DNA of 64,000 nt, the filler included, from Nanobdellota archaeon (GTDB lineage: Archaea > Nanobdellota > Nanobdellia > Woesearchaeales > CAZZGN01), in NCBI GenBank assembly GCA_051819665.1. It is 5 parts of 5 records of this genome, joined end to end, with 100 filler letters (N's around TTAATTAATTAA, not from the genome) between each part and the next. Parts side by side here need not be neighbours in the genome. Positions count along the whole stretch, not along the records: positions 41,746 to 54,378 come from JBNJDG010000031.1; positions 54,479 to 64,000 come from JBNJDG010000036.1; 3 more parts are not named here. The stretch is one strand, 5' to 3'. The position numbers were made by a program, and so were the translations under genes. The notes under the pieces were generated by a model. The model was given only the letters and a program-made list of their open reading frames with translations. It did no database searches and had not been told where the DNA came from. This document shows, one piece after another, positions 48,510 through 57,856 of this stretch. The stretch's first letter is position 1, and every line of letters starts with the position of its first letter.

Positions 48510-49405
48510 ACAAAAAAGGATTCATGTACTCCGCTATAGTATTACTCTTTGTATTGTTCTTTACTGTCTCCTTCATATCAAGCAAAGAGGAGAACGCTTA
48601 CCTGAAATCAAAGACTATCAGGGATATAGACAGTAAGATAGACCGTATAGAAGAAGATCTGGAAAGAGGAGTATATATAGTAGGATTCAGGTCCCTTATG
48701 TCCATTGAGCAGGAGATTCGGAACAGGACTGGATATGTGGAGAATACTGAAGAATCATTCAGAGCTTATTTCTTCGAGGGAGGCTCGAAGATGATGGAGA
48801 ACTCAACCTTCTCGAACTTCACAGAAAGTCTCGAGAGCTCTATGAGAAAGGAGAACCTTATCGTTGAAGTTGATCCCGTTAAACTCTCGATAAGACAGGA
48901 GGATCCATGGCATATAAAACCCATTTTGAAAGCAGAGCTTTTCGTGACAGACATCACCGGGATAGCAGAATGGAACATCACCATGAATATCTCAAGAGAG
49001 ATATCAATCTCAGAGCTCAACGACCCATTGTACTATGTAGAGACAGGAGGCCTTGTACAGAACCCTGTAGAAAAGACCCCTTATGAAGATTTCATCAAAG
49101 AAAATGATTTTAGTAACCTCAGTGATCACCTCAACAATAGCTATTACAAAGCCTCAGCTACGGCTCCGGATTACATAATGAGGATGGAAGGCAATAACAC
49201 TCCTTCAGAAGAGGGTATAGAGAGCCTTGTCAATATAGAGGAACTCTCAGAACAGGGTCTAGCACCATTGAACAAAAGCTCTGTTGACCATATATATTTC
49301 AGCAGTGAAGACCCCAACAGCTCGGAAATAGAGAACATGCAGGAATGGTTCAGGCTTGATGACGGACATCTGGAGGATTACAATGCAACAGGACATACAG
49401 AATGA
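48506..49405 (+). CDS. Minor pilin-like protein
   Basis: MNKKG/FMYS plus TM segment; DPLY and GIESLVN motifs. Confidence 0.72.
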   Translation: MNKKGFMYSAIVLLFVLFFTVSFISSKEENAYLKSKTIRDIDSKIDRIEEDLERGVYIVGFRSLMSIEQEIRNRTGYVENTEESFRAYFFEGGSKMMENSTFSNFTESLESSMRKENLIVEVDPVKLSIRQEDPWHIKPILKAELFVTDITGIAEWNITMNISREISISELNDPLYYVETGGLVQNPVEKTPYEDFIKENDFSNLSDHLNNSYYKASATAPDYIMRMEGNNTPSEEGIESLVNIEELSEQGLAPLNKSSVDHIYFSSEDPNSSEIENMQEWFRLDDGHLEDYNATGHTE

Positions 49406-49493
49406 CTCACAGGTGAATATTAAGGCTGTTAAACCTGGCCAGGGGAGCAAAATAGAGAAAACTTTTTAAACAAAGATTCAAGAAAGGATTAAC

Positions 49494-50648
49494 ATGAGCA
49501 AGAGTAAAAAGATAAGTACCGGCATCGACAGGCTGGTGGAACTGATAAAAGAGAAGAAGACCATCTCTGTCGCTCAAGCGGCCAAAGAACTGGGGCTTTC
49601 CCATAACCTCATCGAGGAATGGAGCAACTTCCTTGAGGAGGAAGGCATAATAAGGATGAACTATAAGCTTTCAGGCACTTTCCTGGAAGAGAAAGAAGTG
49701 ACAGAGAAAGATGTAGTGAAAAAGAGGAAAAAACTCGACAATAAGAAGAATAACCTCATAAAGAATATAAAAGAATGGTCCAATAATGTAGAGGGACATG
49801 TGAAGAACGTGGCTTCCATAAAGACCAATTTCAAGAGATTCCTGAACAAGATAGGCGCCAATTTCGACCATGTGAAAGAGGATATCGAATCCCTGAAAAA
49901 GCTCGATAAAGCCCATGACCAGCTTAGCGATAATCTCACGCATCTGGAAGGTGATTTCAAGGAAACGATTCATAATATAGATGAAGATATAAAAAAAGAG
50001 AAGGCGAAATACGACCAGATATACAAGGATCTTACAAACAAAGAGAAGAATATCGATAAGGAGAGCAAAAAAGTACAGGACCTGAGAGAGAAAGAGAAAG
50101 AGGTCAAGAAAAAGATCGACGAACTCAGGAAGACCGCTGAAGAGCTTGAGAAGGAAGCAGGTAAAGAAGATGAACAGCTCTCAAAAGAGGTTACAGATTT
50201 CAAATCCATGAAGAAAAAACTCGATTCTCTCCATGATCATATAGAGGATCATAAGAAGGAGATCTCCTCGGTCTCAGAAGAGAAGAAAAAGAAGGAGAAA
50301 GAGATAGAGGACTCTGCAAAGTCCATTGCTAAGAAGATAAAGGATAAGAAGAAAGACATCAGGGAGAATCTCAAGGAAGCCAAAGACCTTGAGAAAGAGA
50401 TGTCAAACTTCATAAAGAACAAGAAAGAAGCCAAGAACATGCTCCGGAAGGCAGATAAGGACTATCTGGACATGAAAAAAGAGATTGAGCAGATACTATT
50501 CGATGCAGAAAGGTTTGATTTCCTCAATAAGAGTACTGACCTTTCGAAATTTTCGGATGAGATAAACAAGGAATATGAGAAGCTCAAGGAGAAAAGGGAA
50601 AAACTGAAAAAACACAGGAAGTCTTTCCTTGATATATTAAAGAGGTGA
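49494..50648 (+). CDS. Protein with N-terminal wHTH and long coiled coil
   Basis: TGIDRLVELIKEKKTISVAQAAKELG..EEWSNFLEEEGII, then about 300 aa of K/E-rich heptads. Confidence 0.75.
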   Translation: MSKSKKISTGIDRLVELIKEKKTISVAQAAKELGLSHNLIEEWSNFLEEEGIIRMNYKLSGTFLEEKEVTEKDVVKKRKKLDNKKNNLIKNIKEWSNNVEGHVKNVASIKTNFKRFLNKIGANFDHVKEDIESLKKLDKAHDQLSDNLTHLEGDFKETIHNIDEDIKKEKAKYDQIYKDLTNKEKNIDKESKKVQDLREKEKEVKKKIDELRKTAEELEKEAGKEDEQLSKEVTDFKSMKKKLDSLHDHIEDHKKEISSVSEEKKKKEKEIEDSAKSIAKKIKDKKKDIRENLKEAKDLEKEMSNFIKNKKEAKNMLRKADKDYLDMKKEIEQILFDAERFDFLNKSTDLSKFSDEINKEYEKLKEKREKLKKHRKSFLDILKR

Positions 50649-50654
50649 TCCACT

Positions 50655-52121
50655 ATTGACAAATACAAGTTTAATTCTGGAAATGCAGAAGTATCCATAA
50701 CTATAACCAAGAAGAAATCGGATTATGTTGCCACTTACCAGACTTCTATAGCTACTATCACGAGGTCCACAGAGATCGTCCTCGAGAAGATAAGGGACGA
50801 GCTTATCAAGAAAGTCACATTCGGCACTGTGGATCTTACTGATAAGGGGAGCACCAATATAATAGAGAAGAAATTCAGGGAGAAATCCCACGAGCTTATA
50901 GAGAAATACCTTCCTGATGCGGATGATTCGAAGAAAGAATTCCTGGTGACATATCTTGTCCAGAAAAGCCTGGGTTTCGGGAACATGGAGATACTTCTTG
51001 ACGACCCTTATGTTGAAGAGATCGTCATCAACGGTGCTAAAGAACCTATCTGGATATACCATAAGAAACACGGCTGGGTCAAATCGGATATTGTCATAGG
51101 GAGCGAGGAAGAGATAAAAAGATACGCCACCATGGTCGGAAGAAGGGTAGGGAGACAGATTAGCGTCCTCGAACCCCTTCTTGACGCGCATCTTGAGAAA
51201 GGGAGCAGGGTGAATGCAACGCTGACACCCATCTCGATCAACGGGAACACCATGACTTTCCGTAAATTTTCCAGTGAACCGATGACGATAACACATTTCC
51301 TCGAATTCGGGACCATTAGCCCTGCTGATGCTGCCCTTATCTGGCAGGCTCTTGAATATGAGATGTCAATGCTCATCTCCGGAGGCACTGCGTCAGGAAA
51401 GACATCAATGCTGAACGTTATCGCGAACTTCTTCCCCCCTAATCAGAGGATACTTTCTATAGAGGATACGAGAGAGATAAGGCTTCCCAAATACCTACAC
51501 TGGGTACCGATGATGACCAGGCTCCCTAATGCGGAGGGAAAAGGAGAAGTCAAGATGAGCGATCTCCTTGTGAACTCTTTGAGGATGAGGCCCGACCGTC
51601 TCGTAGTTGGTGAGGTCAGGAGGAAGAAAGAGATAGAGACCCTCTTCGAAGCTATACACACAGGACATTCATGTTATTCCACTATCCATGCGAATGATGC
51701 TGAGGAGACGATCAACAGGCTTGTGAATAAACCCTTCGAAGTACCAAGGGCAATGCTGCCGGCCGTCTCACTGATAATCACGCAGTTCAGGAACAGGAGG
51801 ACAGGTGTAAGGCGAACTTTCCAGATCGCAGAGGTGAATAAGGATGGTACCTCGACTGTCCTGAGACAATACAATCCAAAAACAGATAAGACGATAAAGA
51901 AAAACAAATCCAAGACCTTGATGGATACGCTAAAGCTCTTTTCAGGCCTTTCAGAGAAGGAGATCGAGGAAGAGCTCAAGGTTAAGGAGAAGATACTCAA
52001 ATATCTGGTGAAGAACAAGATAAAGACAGTGGATGAAGTGGGAAAGGTTATTGCTGAATACAATATGAACAGGGAATCCCTGCTTGAACACGTCAAGAAG
52101 AACAAACTTTTGGAGGATTGA
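50655..52121 (+). CDS. Type IV pilus / Tad assembly ATPase (CpaF/VirB11 family), probable ATT start
   Basis: EEIVING, GGTASGKTS, SIEDTRE, LRMRPDRLVVGEVR, TGHSCYSTIHA; frame open from 50649. Confidence 0.92.
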   Translation: MDKYKFNSGNAEVSITITKKKSDYVATYQTSIATITRSTEIVLEKIRDELIKKVTFGTVDLTDKGSTNIIEKKFREKSHELIEKYLPDADDSKKEFLVTYLVQKSLGFGNMEILLDDPYVEEIVINGAKEPIWIYHKKHGWVKSDIVIGSEEEIKRYATMVGRRVGRQISVLEPLLDAHLEKGSRVNATLTPISINGNTMTFRKFSSEPMTITHFLEFGTISPADAALIWQALEYEMSMLISGGTASGKTSMLNVIANFFPPNQRILSIEDTREIRLPKYLHWVPMMTRLPNAEGKGEVKMSDLLVNSLRMRPDRLVVGEVRRKKEIETLFEAIHTGHSCYSTIHANDAEETINRLVNKPFEVPRAMLPAVSLIITQFRNRRTGVRRTFQIAEVNKDGTSTVLRQYNPKTDKTIKKNKSKTLMDTLKLFSGLSEKEIEEELKVKEKILKYLVKNKIKTVDEVGKVIAEYNMNRESLLEHVKKNKLLED

Positions 52122-52942
52122 AGATCGGGAACAGGATATACAAGATTCTGGCTAGCAGACTGCCTGAACTTGAGGAGAAGCTAAGGAGAGCCCAGATGAA
52201 GGATAATGCTTCCTATTTCCTCAAGAAGATAATAACTGTGAGCATAATGACATCAGTAGCGGTCTGCCTCCTCTTCTTCGCGCCTATCCTTGATTCGATG
52301 GGGAAAAGCATCCTGCCGGCTGTAATACTCATGCCTGTAATAGCTGTCGTTATGTTCAGCTATATGTCCAAAATCCCTGACTTCTATATAATAAAGACTG
52401 AGAAGAAAGTCACCAAAGAGCTGATGTTCGCCCTTAAATTCCTCCTCATAGAGCTCGAAAGCGGAATACAGGTATACAATGCCTTCAAGAATATAAGAAA
52501 ACAATACCCTGTCATAGGAAGGTTCTTCGGTGAAGTGGTGGACAGGGTCGATTATGGGAAGAGCATCGACGAGGCACTCAATTCTGTTGTCAAGAGCTGC
52601 CCGTCTGAAAAACTTAAGATGATCTTCGCCCAGGTACAGAACTCGATGAAGACAGGCGCAGACCTTGCCACTGCCCTGGGCACGACAGCCGACCAATTCA
52701 CGAGAGAACAGAAGATCGAGGTGGACGAATACTCGAAAAAGCTTAACCCGATAGCGATGTTCTATATGATCATAGCTGTCATCTTCCCTTCAATAGGTTT
52801 CATAATGCTCATAATCATATCAAGCTTCATCGGTTTCCAGATAGATCTCAAGGTACTGCTGATGATAGTAGGAGCCATTGGCTTCATGCAGTTCATGTTC
52901 ATCAGCATGGTCAAGACAATAAGACCGGCGGTGGATTTCTGA
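52118..52942 (+). CDS. TadB/TadC-like platform membrane protein (T2SS F domain)
   Basis: Two N-terminal TMs, ELESG, GKSIDEAL, TGADL, C-terminal TMs. Confidence 0.88.
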   Translation: MKIGNRIYKILASRLPELEEKLRRAQMKDNASYFLKKIITVSIMTSVAVCLLFFAPILDSMGKSILPAVILMPVIAVVMFSYMSKIPDFYIIKTEKKVTKELMFALKFLLIELESGIQVYNAFKNIRKQYPVIGRFFGEVVDRVDYGKSIDEALNSVVKSCPSEKLKMIFAQVQNSMKTGADLATALGTTADQFTREQKIEVDEYSKKLNPIAMFYMIIAVIFPSIGFIMLIIISSFIGFQIDLKVLLMIVGAIGFMQFMFISMVKTIRPAVDF

Positions 52943-53955
52943 TGGAAAAGAAAGGCCTCGATGCATTCTTCGAAAAAAGGAAGAAACTCCTAAGGCACTT
53001 CGAGAAAGCAGGATTCGAGAAGGAACAAGTACCAGGCATACACAGGAATATCTTCCTTACGGCCCTCTTTTTCACAATCATGACGGCTGTACTGTTCTTC
53101 TTCTATTACCTACAGGGGGAATACATAACTTACATAATCGTTATGCTTCTTATCTTCCTCATCTTCGGCCTTGGGATAATAAGTTTCATCTTCGCAGGCA
53201 TATTCTACATCTATCTCGACATGAAGATATACTGGAGGAGAAAACAGGTTGAGAAAGTCCTTCCCGAATTCCTTCTCCTTACTTCTTCAAACATGAAGGC
53301 AGGCATGCTCATAGACCAGGCCCTGCTATATGCAATAAGGCCGAAATTCGGTATACTGGCCAAAGAAATAGAGATAGTCATAAAAGATGTCATAGCAGGC
53401 AAGGACATAACCGAGGCTCTCGAGAGATTCTCCAACAAATACGATTCAGAGCTACTCGACAGGTCAATCAATCTAATGAACGAAGGGATAAGATCGGGAG
53501 GCAGGATGGCGAAGATCCTCAATAAGATTTCCATTAACCTCTCAGAGATAGCCCTTCAGAAGAAAGAGATGGGAGCATCGGTCACAACCTATATAATTTT
53601 CATCTCCTTCGCTTCCGTGGGTGCTGCACCTGTCCTTCTCGCACTTGCAAGGCAACTGCTTGATGTGATAAAGAAACTCATCTCAACGCTGGCCAGTTCA
53701 AGTACAGATTCGGGAGGCATGTCTTTCCTCGACTTCACTGTCCCTGAACTTACAGGCACTGATTTCAGCATCTTCGCAGTATGCATGCTGATGGTCTCTT
53801 CGCTCTTCTCCTCTATGATAATCTCCACTATCAAGAAAGGTGATGCAAAACAAGGATTAAAGTACATCCCTATATTCATGATAGTCAGCATAACATTATA
53901 CTTCCTTTCAAACATGGTGATGAGCAATCTTTTCGGGGGGATGTTCTCATTCTAA
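52942..53955 (+). CDS. TadC-like platform membrane protein (T2SS F domain)
   Basis: VEKVLPEFL..NMKAGMLIDQAL, FGILAKE, GIRSGG. Confidence 0.88.
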   Translation: MEKKGLDAFFEKRKKLLRHFEKAGFEKEQVPGIHRNIFLTALFFTIMTAVLFFFYYLQGEYITYIIVMLLIFLIFGLGIISFIFAGIFYIYLDMKIYWRRKQVEKVLPEFLLLTSSNMKAGMLIDQALLYAIRPKFGILAKEIEIVIKDVIAGKDITEALERFSNKYDSELLDRSINLMNEGIRSGGRMAKILNKISINLSEIALQKKEMGASVTTYIIFISFASVGAAPVLLALARQLLDVIKKLISTLASSSTDSGGMSFLDFTVPELTGTDFSIFAVCMLMVSSLFSSMIISTIKKGDAKQGLKYIPIFMIVSITLYFLSNMVMSNLFGGMFSF

Positions 53956-54378
53956 GAGGCCAGGCAGCACTGGAATTCATGATGACCTACGGATGGGCCA
54001 TCATAGTAGTACTCATAACTGTTGGAACTCTCTTCCAGACAGAGGTCATAGATATGAACTCCAGATTGAGCGATAATGCACATTTCCCTCCCCCCTTTAC
54101 CGTAAAGGATTTCAGCCCTTCTGATGATAGTATCAGGTTCATCATGAAGAATGATCTTCCCCATAACATAACTGTTCTTCCGTATGGGTATAAAAGTTCG
54201 GGAGACTGCAACCTGACTTCCTTAGACGTTCCCGGAGAAGTAGGGGCTTATGAAAACTTCAATATGACCTTCTATTGTGATATGGATAAAGACAGGATCA
54301 TCTCTGGTTTATCTTTCCTTCACAATGACTCTCATTCAGGCAATGTCCACAGGAGCACAGGGAAGGTCGTTATAAGGA
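53949..54378 (+). CDS. Pilin-like protein, class III signal peptide, probable ATT start; completed by 13998-14002 on the minus strand
   Basis: LRG/QAALEFMMTYGWAIIVVL is encoded upstream of the first in-frame ATG. Confidence 0.82.
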
Positions 54379-54478
54379 NNNNNNNNNNNNNNNNNNNNNN
54401 NNNNNNNNNNNNNNNNNNNNNNTTAATTAATTAANNNNNNNNNNNNNNNNNNNNNNNNNNNNNNNNNNNNNNNNNNNN
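54379..54478. other. Artificial contig linker
   Basis: 44 N + TTAATTAATTAA + 44 N. Confidence 0.97.
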
Positions 54479-54522
54479 CCGGGCTATAAAATCCGGGCTA
54501 TAAAACCCGGGCTATGAAATCC
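54479..54522. repeat. Tandem 14-bp repeat, at least 3 copies, running into the contig edge
   Basis: CCGGGCTATAAAAT-CCGGGCTATAAAAC-CCGGGCTATGAAAT-CC. Confidence 0.85.
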
Positions 54523-54616
54523 CTGTGTTATGCCCTTATAAATGTTTCGGATAGGCAAAGTTTATATATCATCGTCTCTTCCCAGTACTAATAAGAGAAG
54601 ACAGAGGAGTGATATA

Positions 54617-55654
54617 TTGACCAAAAGGAAATTCACCAGAAGCAGGAATGAAATAATAAATTCTGAGATGTTCAGGATCATCGCACAAGTGAGAACAGAT
54701 TCCCTGTGGTCCATGATCTATGAGAATAAGAACCCTGGGCCCCTTGATGAAGGAGCAACAGGGAAACTAGACAATTATGGGGCCATTTTCACCCCTAATG
54801 GATTCATCTATAATGACAGTGAAAGGAGAGAGATAGAGCTCGAGGAAAACAACTGGAAAGTGGGAGGAAAGCACAAATTCAGGGAGAAGGTCCTTGAATC
54901 CATGAAGGCCGACAATGCCATTCTGCTGGACCAGGACGGAATTGCCTCGAATGTAAACCTCGACAACGGTTTCTTCCTTGTATGTTCCAAGGACATACTG
55001 AATGTGAGGAAATCAACAAGGAAAAAGAAAGGTACGCGTGAGGAGAAGAATTATCTCGAGAACGGAGCGAGGGATATTGCTGTCAGTTATTTCCCCCAGT
55101 CAGTGGGAAAAAACCATAGATACGGCAGCAGGAGCCTTCTATCCTCCTCACTGGCCGTCATGCTGTCATACCCTCTCACTTACAGGGATATTGCAGCAGC
55201 AAAACTGGATATATACGGTAATAGACAGCAAGATTTAAGCGAAAGAATCAATAAGGCAAAAAGACCCATAAAAGGCAGAGAGGGAAGGATACTCGCTCAC
55301 CCTTACGTATACGTGATGCACGATACAAGATATACGGAAAAGAATATGGTCGGACTGACGAGGATACTGACAGGAGGTATGCTCGGCGAGTTCTCAACCT
55401 TCACCATAGAGAAATACTCAGAGAGCCTAAAAGAGGAGACAAGAAGGAAGCATATAAGTGACGAGGATATATTTGCAGAACATGATAATCAAGCATACCT
55501 TGGAGTCCTGAGGATGTATTCTTCGGTCGTAAAACCCGGTAAAAGGAACAATATGAAAAAGACCTCAATAATAAAACCAGGGAAAGACCTCGGCCTTCAT
55601 GTGGAAAATATACAGAAAGAAGCATATAGAAGGTATGATAGGACGAAGATTTAA
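54617..55654 (+). CDS. Hypothetical protein, possibly a divergent DAC/DisA_N-like fold
   Basis: TTG start after GAGGAGTGA; ADNAILL and YGSRS motifs. Confidence 0.6.
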   Translation: MTKRKFTRSRNEIINSEMFRIIAQVRTDSLWSMIYENKNPGPLDEGATGKLDNYGAIFTPNGFIYNDSERREIELEENNWKVGGKHKFREKVLESMKADNAILLDQDGIASNVNLDNGFFLVCSKDILNVRKSTRKKKGTREEKNYLENGARDIAVSYFPQSVGKNHRYGSRSLLSSSLAVMLSYPLTYRDIAAAKLDIYGNRQQDLSERINKAKRPIKGREGRILAHPYVYVMHDTRYTEKNMVGLTRILTGGMLGEFSTFTIEKYSESLKEETRRKHISDEDIFAEHDNQAYLGVLRMYSSVVKPGKRNNMKKTSIIKPGKDLGLHVENIQKEAYRRYDRTKI

Positions 55655-55679
55655 ATATATGAGATTCTCATTAAGGGAT

Positions 55680-56360
55680 ATGTGTAAGAAACTTGCCCTG
55701 ATCCTTGTATTCCTTATTAGTCTTCCTGTTGTTGTATCCCTGCCTTACGGGGACATAGACATCTACCTTGAGAAAGACGGTTATGTGAGCTTTGAAGGCA
55801 CTACAGATTTCAACTTCACTGACGGTTATAGCTACACTTCCAAAGATGGCGAATTCTGGACCCTGAACCTCAGCTATGAAGAAAAGTTCTCAAATCTCAT
55901 TTATACGATACACCTTCCGGAAGGAGTCAAAGTGAACTATATGAAAATGCCGGAGCTGGGAAGGATAGAGCATGCTAATGAAGAGATAAGGGTGATAGGA
56001 ACCGTAGAGGACAATAAACCGAAGATTTTCCTCCAATACCAGCTCAGCAGGAAGAAAGAAGAGACAATTAAGACATGGGCCTTCCTTCCCTTCATAATAG
56101 CAGGACTGCTTCTCACCATCCATCTTCTCCACAGAAAGAATAAGAGAGTATCATACAAAGCACTGAGCGAAAGACAGGACATCATAGTAGAAGAGTTGAA
56201 GAAAGGGCCAAAGACGCAGAAGGAGCTCCAGTCGAAGACATCCCTGCCCAAATCCTCACTGTCGAGGAATCTAAAGATTCTCGAACAGAAAGGTGTCATA
56301 GAGATAAAGCAGACAGGAATGTCGAACAAGATAAGCCTGAAAGAGACTTTCGGCGAGTGA
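55680..56360 (+). CDS. Membrane-anchored transcriptional regulator (extracellular domain - TM - C-terminal wHTH)
   Basis: Signal peptide; TM WAFLPFIIAGLLL; TQKELQSKTSLPKSSLSRNLKILEQKGVI..GMSNKI. Confidence 0.85.
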   Translation: MCKKLALILVFLISLPVVVSLPYGDIDIYLEKDGYVSFEGTTDFNFTDGYSYTSKDGEFWTLNLSYEEKFSNLIYTIHLPEGVKVNYMKMPELGRIEHANEEIRVIGTVEDNKPKIFLQYQLSRKKEETIKTWAFLPFIIAGLLLTIHLLHRKNKRVSYKALSERQDIIVEELKKGPKTQKELQSKTSLPKSSLSRNLKILEQKGVIEIKQTGMSNKISLKETFGE

Positions 56361-56488
56361 ACACAAATTTTTTTAAAGAAAGGCTACAAAAGCCCTAAAG
56401 TTCCACCTTGTTCCGGTGATTCCGGGCAAGATTATTATGTTGTTCCAGCATACTTCACTAAAGGTCGGAAAGACCGGAGGATGATAAT

Positions 56489-57856
56489 ATGAAAAAGATC
56501 TTCGCACTGATAATAGGTGTTATGCTTCTCATGCCGGGCGTACTGGCACAGGGAGAGAATGATACGATTACCAACGAAACGGAAGAAGAATCCGATGAGA
56601 GAGAGGAAGAAGAGAAAGAAGACGAATCAGATGATGAAAGAGAGGAAGAAAGTGAAGAGCTTGAGATCGAAATTGAGATCGAAGAAAATACTGAAGTGAA
56701 AGTCGAGAAAGGTGAAGATGAATACGAGTTCAGCCTGAACTCAACCGATGTAGAGGTTGCCTTTGACGAGATCGTCAAGAGGACAGGCCTGAACAGAACT
56801 CTGGTTGAAGAGACTGCTGAAGTGGAGAGAGAAGAAGACGAAGAAAAAGAGGAAGAACTCGAGATTGAGATCGAGATCAGGGAAGGCAATACTGAAGTGA
56901 AAGTCGAGAAAGGCGAAGACGAATACGAGTTCAGCCTGAACTCAACCGATGTAGAGGTTGCCTTTGACGAGATCGTCAAGAGGACAGGCCTGAACAGAAC
57001 TCTGGTTGAAGAGACTGCTGAAGTGGAGAGAGAAGAAGACGAATTTGAGGGAACTGAAGAGATGGTTTCACCAAGAGGAGCAGAGATGAGGATGTTCCAG
57101 CTCCAGAAATCAATAGAGAGGAACATACTCGTCGGAGAGAATGTTCTTGAGGAGATAAACGCTTCAGAACAGGACAGGGAAGAACTTGAAGATGTTCTCG
57201 AAAGCCTTAAAGTGCTGGTTAATGAAACCAGCTCTGTAGAGCTTAACAAGTCCCCTTCAGAACTTGCCGCAGAATTCGTGGCTGTAAAGAAGGAAGCCAG
57301 AAACCTGACTAAGGAATTCAGGATAACGGCCAGAAAATATATGGATGAAGAGACCGCAGAGAGAGTGAAAGAAAGATCCAGAGAGAAAAACAAAGAGAAG
57401 ATCAAAGAGATGAAGGAACAGATAAAAGAGAAGATCAGAGAGTACAACAGAGAGAAAGCAAAAGAGCTCATGTCCAGGATGAAAGGAAAAGAGACAGATG
57501 AAGAGATTGGAAAAGAAGGACCTGGTTCAGAAAATGCAGTAAAGAGAGCGAAGAAGGCTTTCAGAGAACTCCCTGAAGAAAGAAGAGAAGAGATTTCCCG
57601 GAAGATGAAAGAGGAGAGAGTAAGAAGTAATGTTAATATAAGGGAGAAAGCCAAAGGCCTGGCAGAAGAGAAGAGGAACAGGATCGAAGAGAAAGTGAGA
57701 AAGGCCATGGAAAGAGCTGAAAAAAAAGGTAAAGAGGGGATAAACAGGAAAGAAGAACCGAATGAAGATAAAGGCGCCCGAGAAGATGGTGAAAAACCCC
57801 AGAACACAACTCCAGGAGAACAACCCACAGAGGAAGAGAGGGGGAATGAAAGATGA
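56489..57856 (+). CDS. Secreted acidic/charged protein with an internal duplication
   Basis: Signal peptide MKKIFALIIGVMLLMPGVLA; GGAGG SD; repeated 67-aa unit. Confidence 0.8.
   Translation: MKKIFALIIGVMLLMPGVLAQGENDTITNETEEESDEREEEEKEDESDDEREEESEELEIEIEIEENTEVKVEKGEDEYEFSLNSTDVEVAFDEIVKRTGLNRTLVEETAEVEREEDEEKEEELEIEIEIREGNTEVKVEKGEDEYEFSLNSTDVEVAFDEIVKRTGLNRTLVEETAEVEREEDEFEGTEEMVSPRGAEMRMFQLQKSIERNILVGENVLEEINASEQDREELEDVLESLKVLVNETSSVELNKSPSELAAEFVAVKKEARNLTKEFRITARKYMDEETAERVKERSREKNKEKIKEMKEQIKEKIREYNREKAKELMSRMKGKETDEEIGKEGPGSENAVKRAKKAFRELPEERREEISRKMKEERVRSNVNIREKAKGLAEEKRNRIEEKVRKAMERAEKKGKEGINRKEEPNEDKGAREDGEKPQNTTPGEQPTEEERGNER
56687..57043 (+). repeat. Intragenic direct repeat, 156 bp x2 (56687-56842, 56888-57043), period 201 bp
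   Basis: The copies differ by two synonymous changes (GGT/GGC, GAT/GAC). Confidence 0.9.

Noticed and set aside
14003..54378. 99-bp perfect inverted repeat read as the ends of a 40-kb invertible element or transposon
   Set aside because: Both copies end exactly at contig edges, lie inside one coding frame and have no recombinase nearby; an assembly overlap explains them.
44691..54378. Archaellum operon
   Set aside because: No FlaH, FlaF/G or archaellin-like genes are recognisable; two platform genes and a vWA protein fit a pilus better.
54479..54522. CRISPR array
   Set aside because: 14-bp head-to-tail units with no spacers and no cas genes in the window.
56687..57043. DGR template/variable repeat pair
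   Set aside because: Only two T/C synonymous differences, a simple tandem in-frame duplication, and no reverse transcriptase in the window.
56458..57828. 456-aa antisense ORF and other long shadow ORFs (e.g. 11121-11897, 50637-51296, 62598-63227)
   Set aside because: Mirror frames of genuine genes with biased codon usage; low-complexity products with no recognisable motifs.
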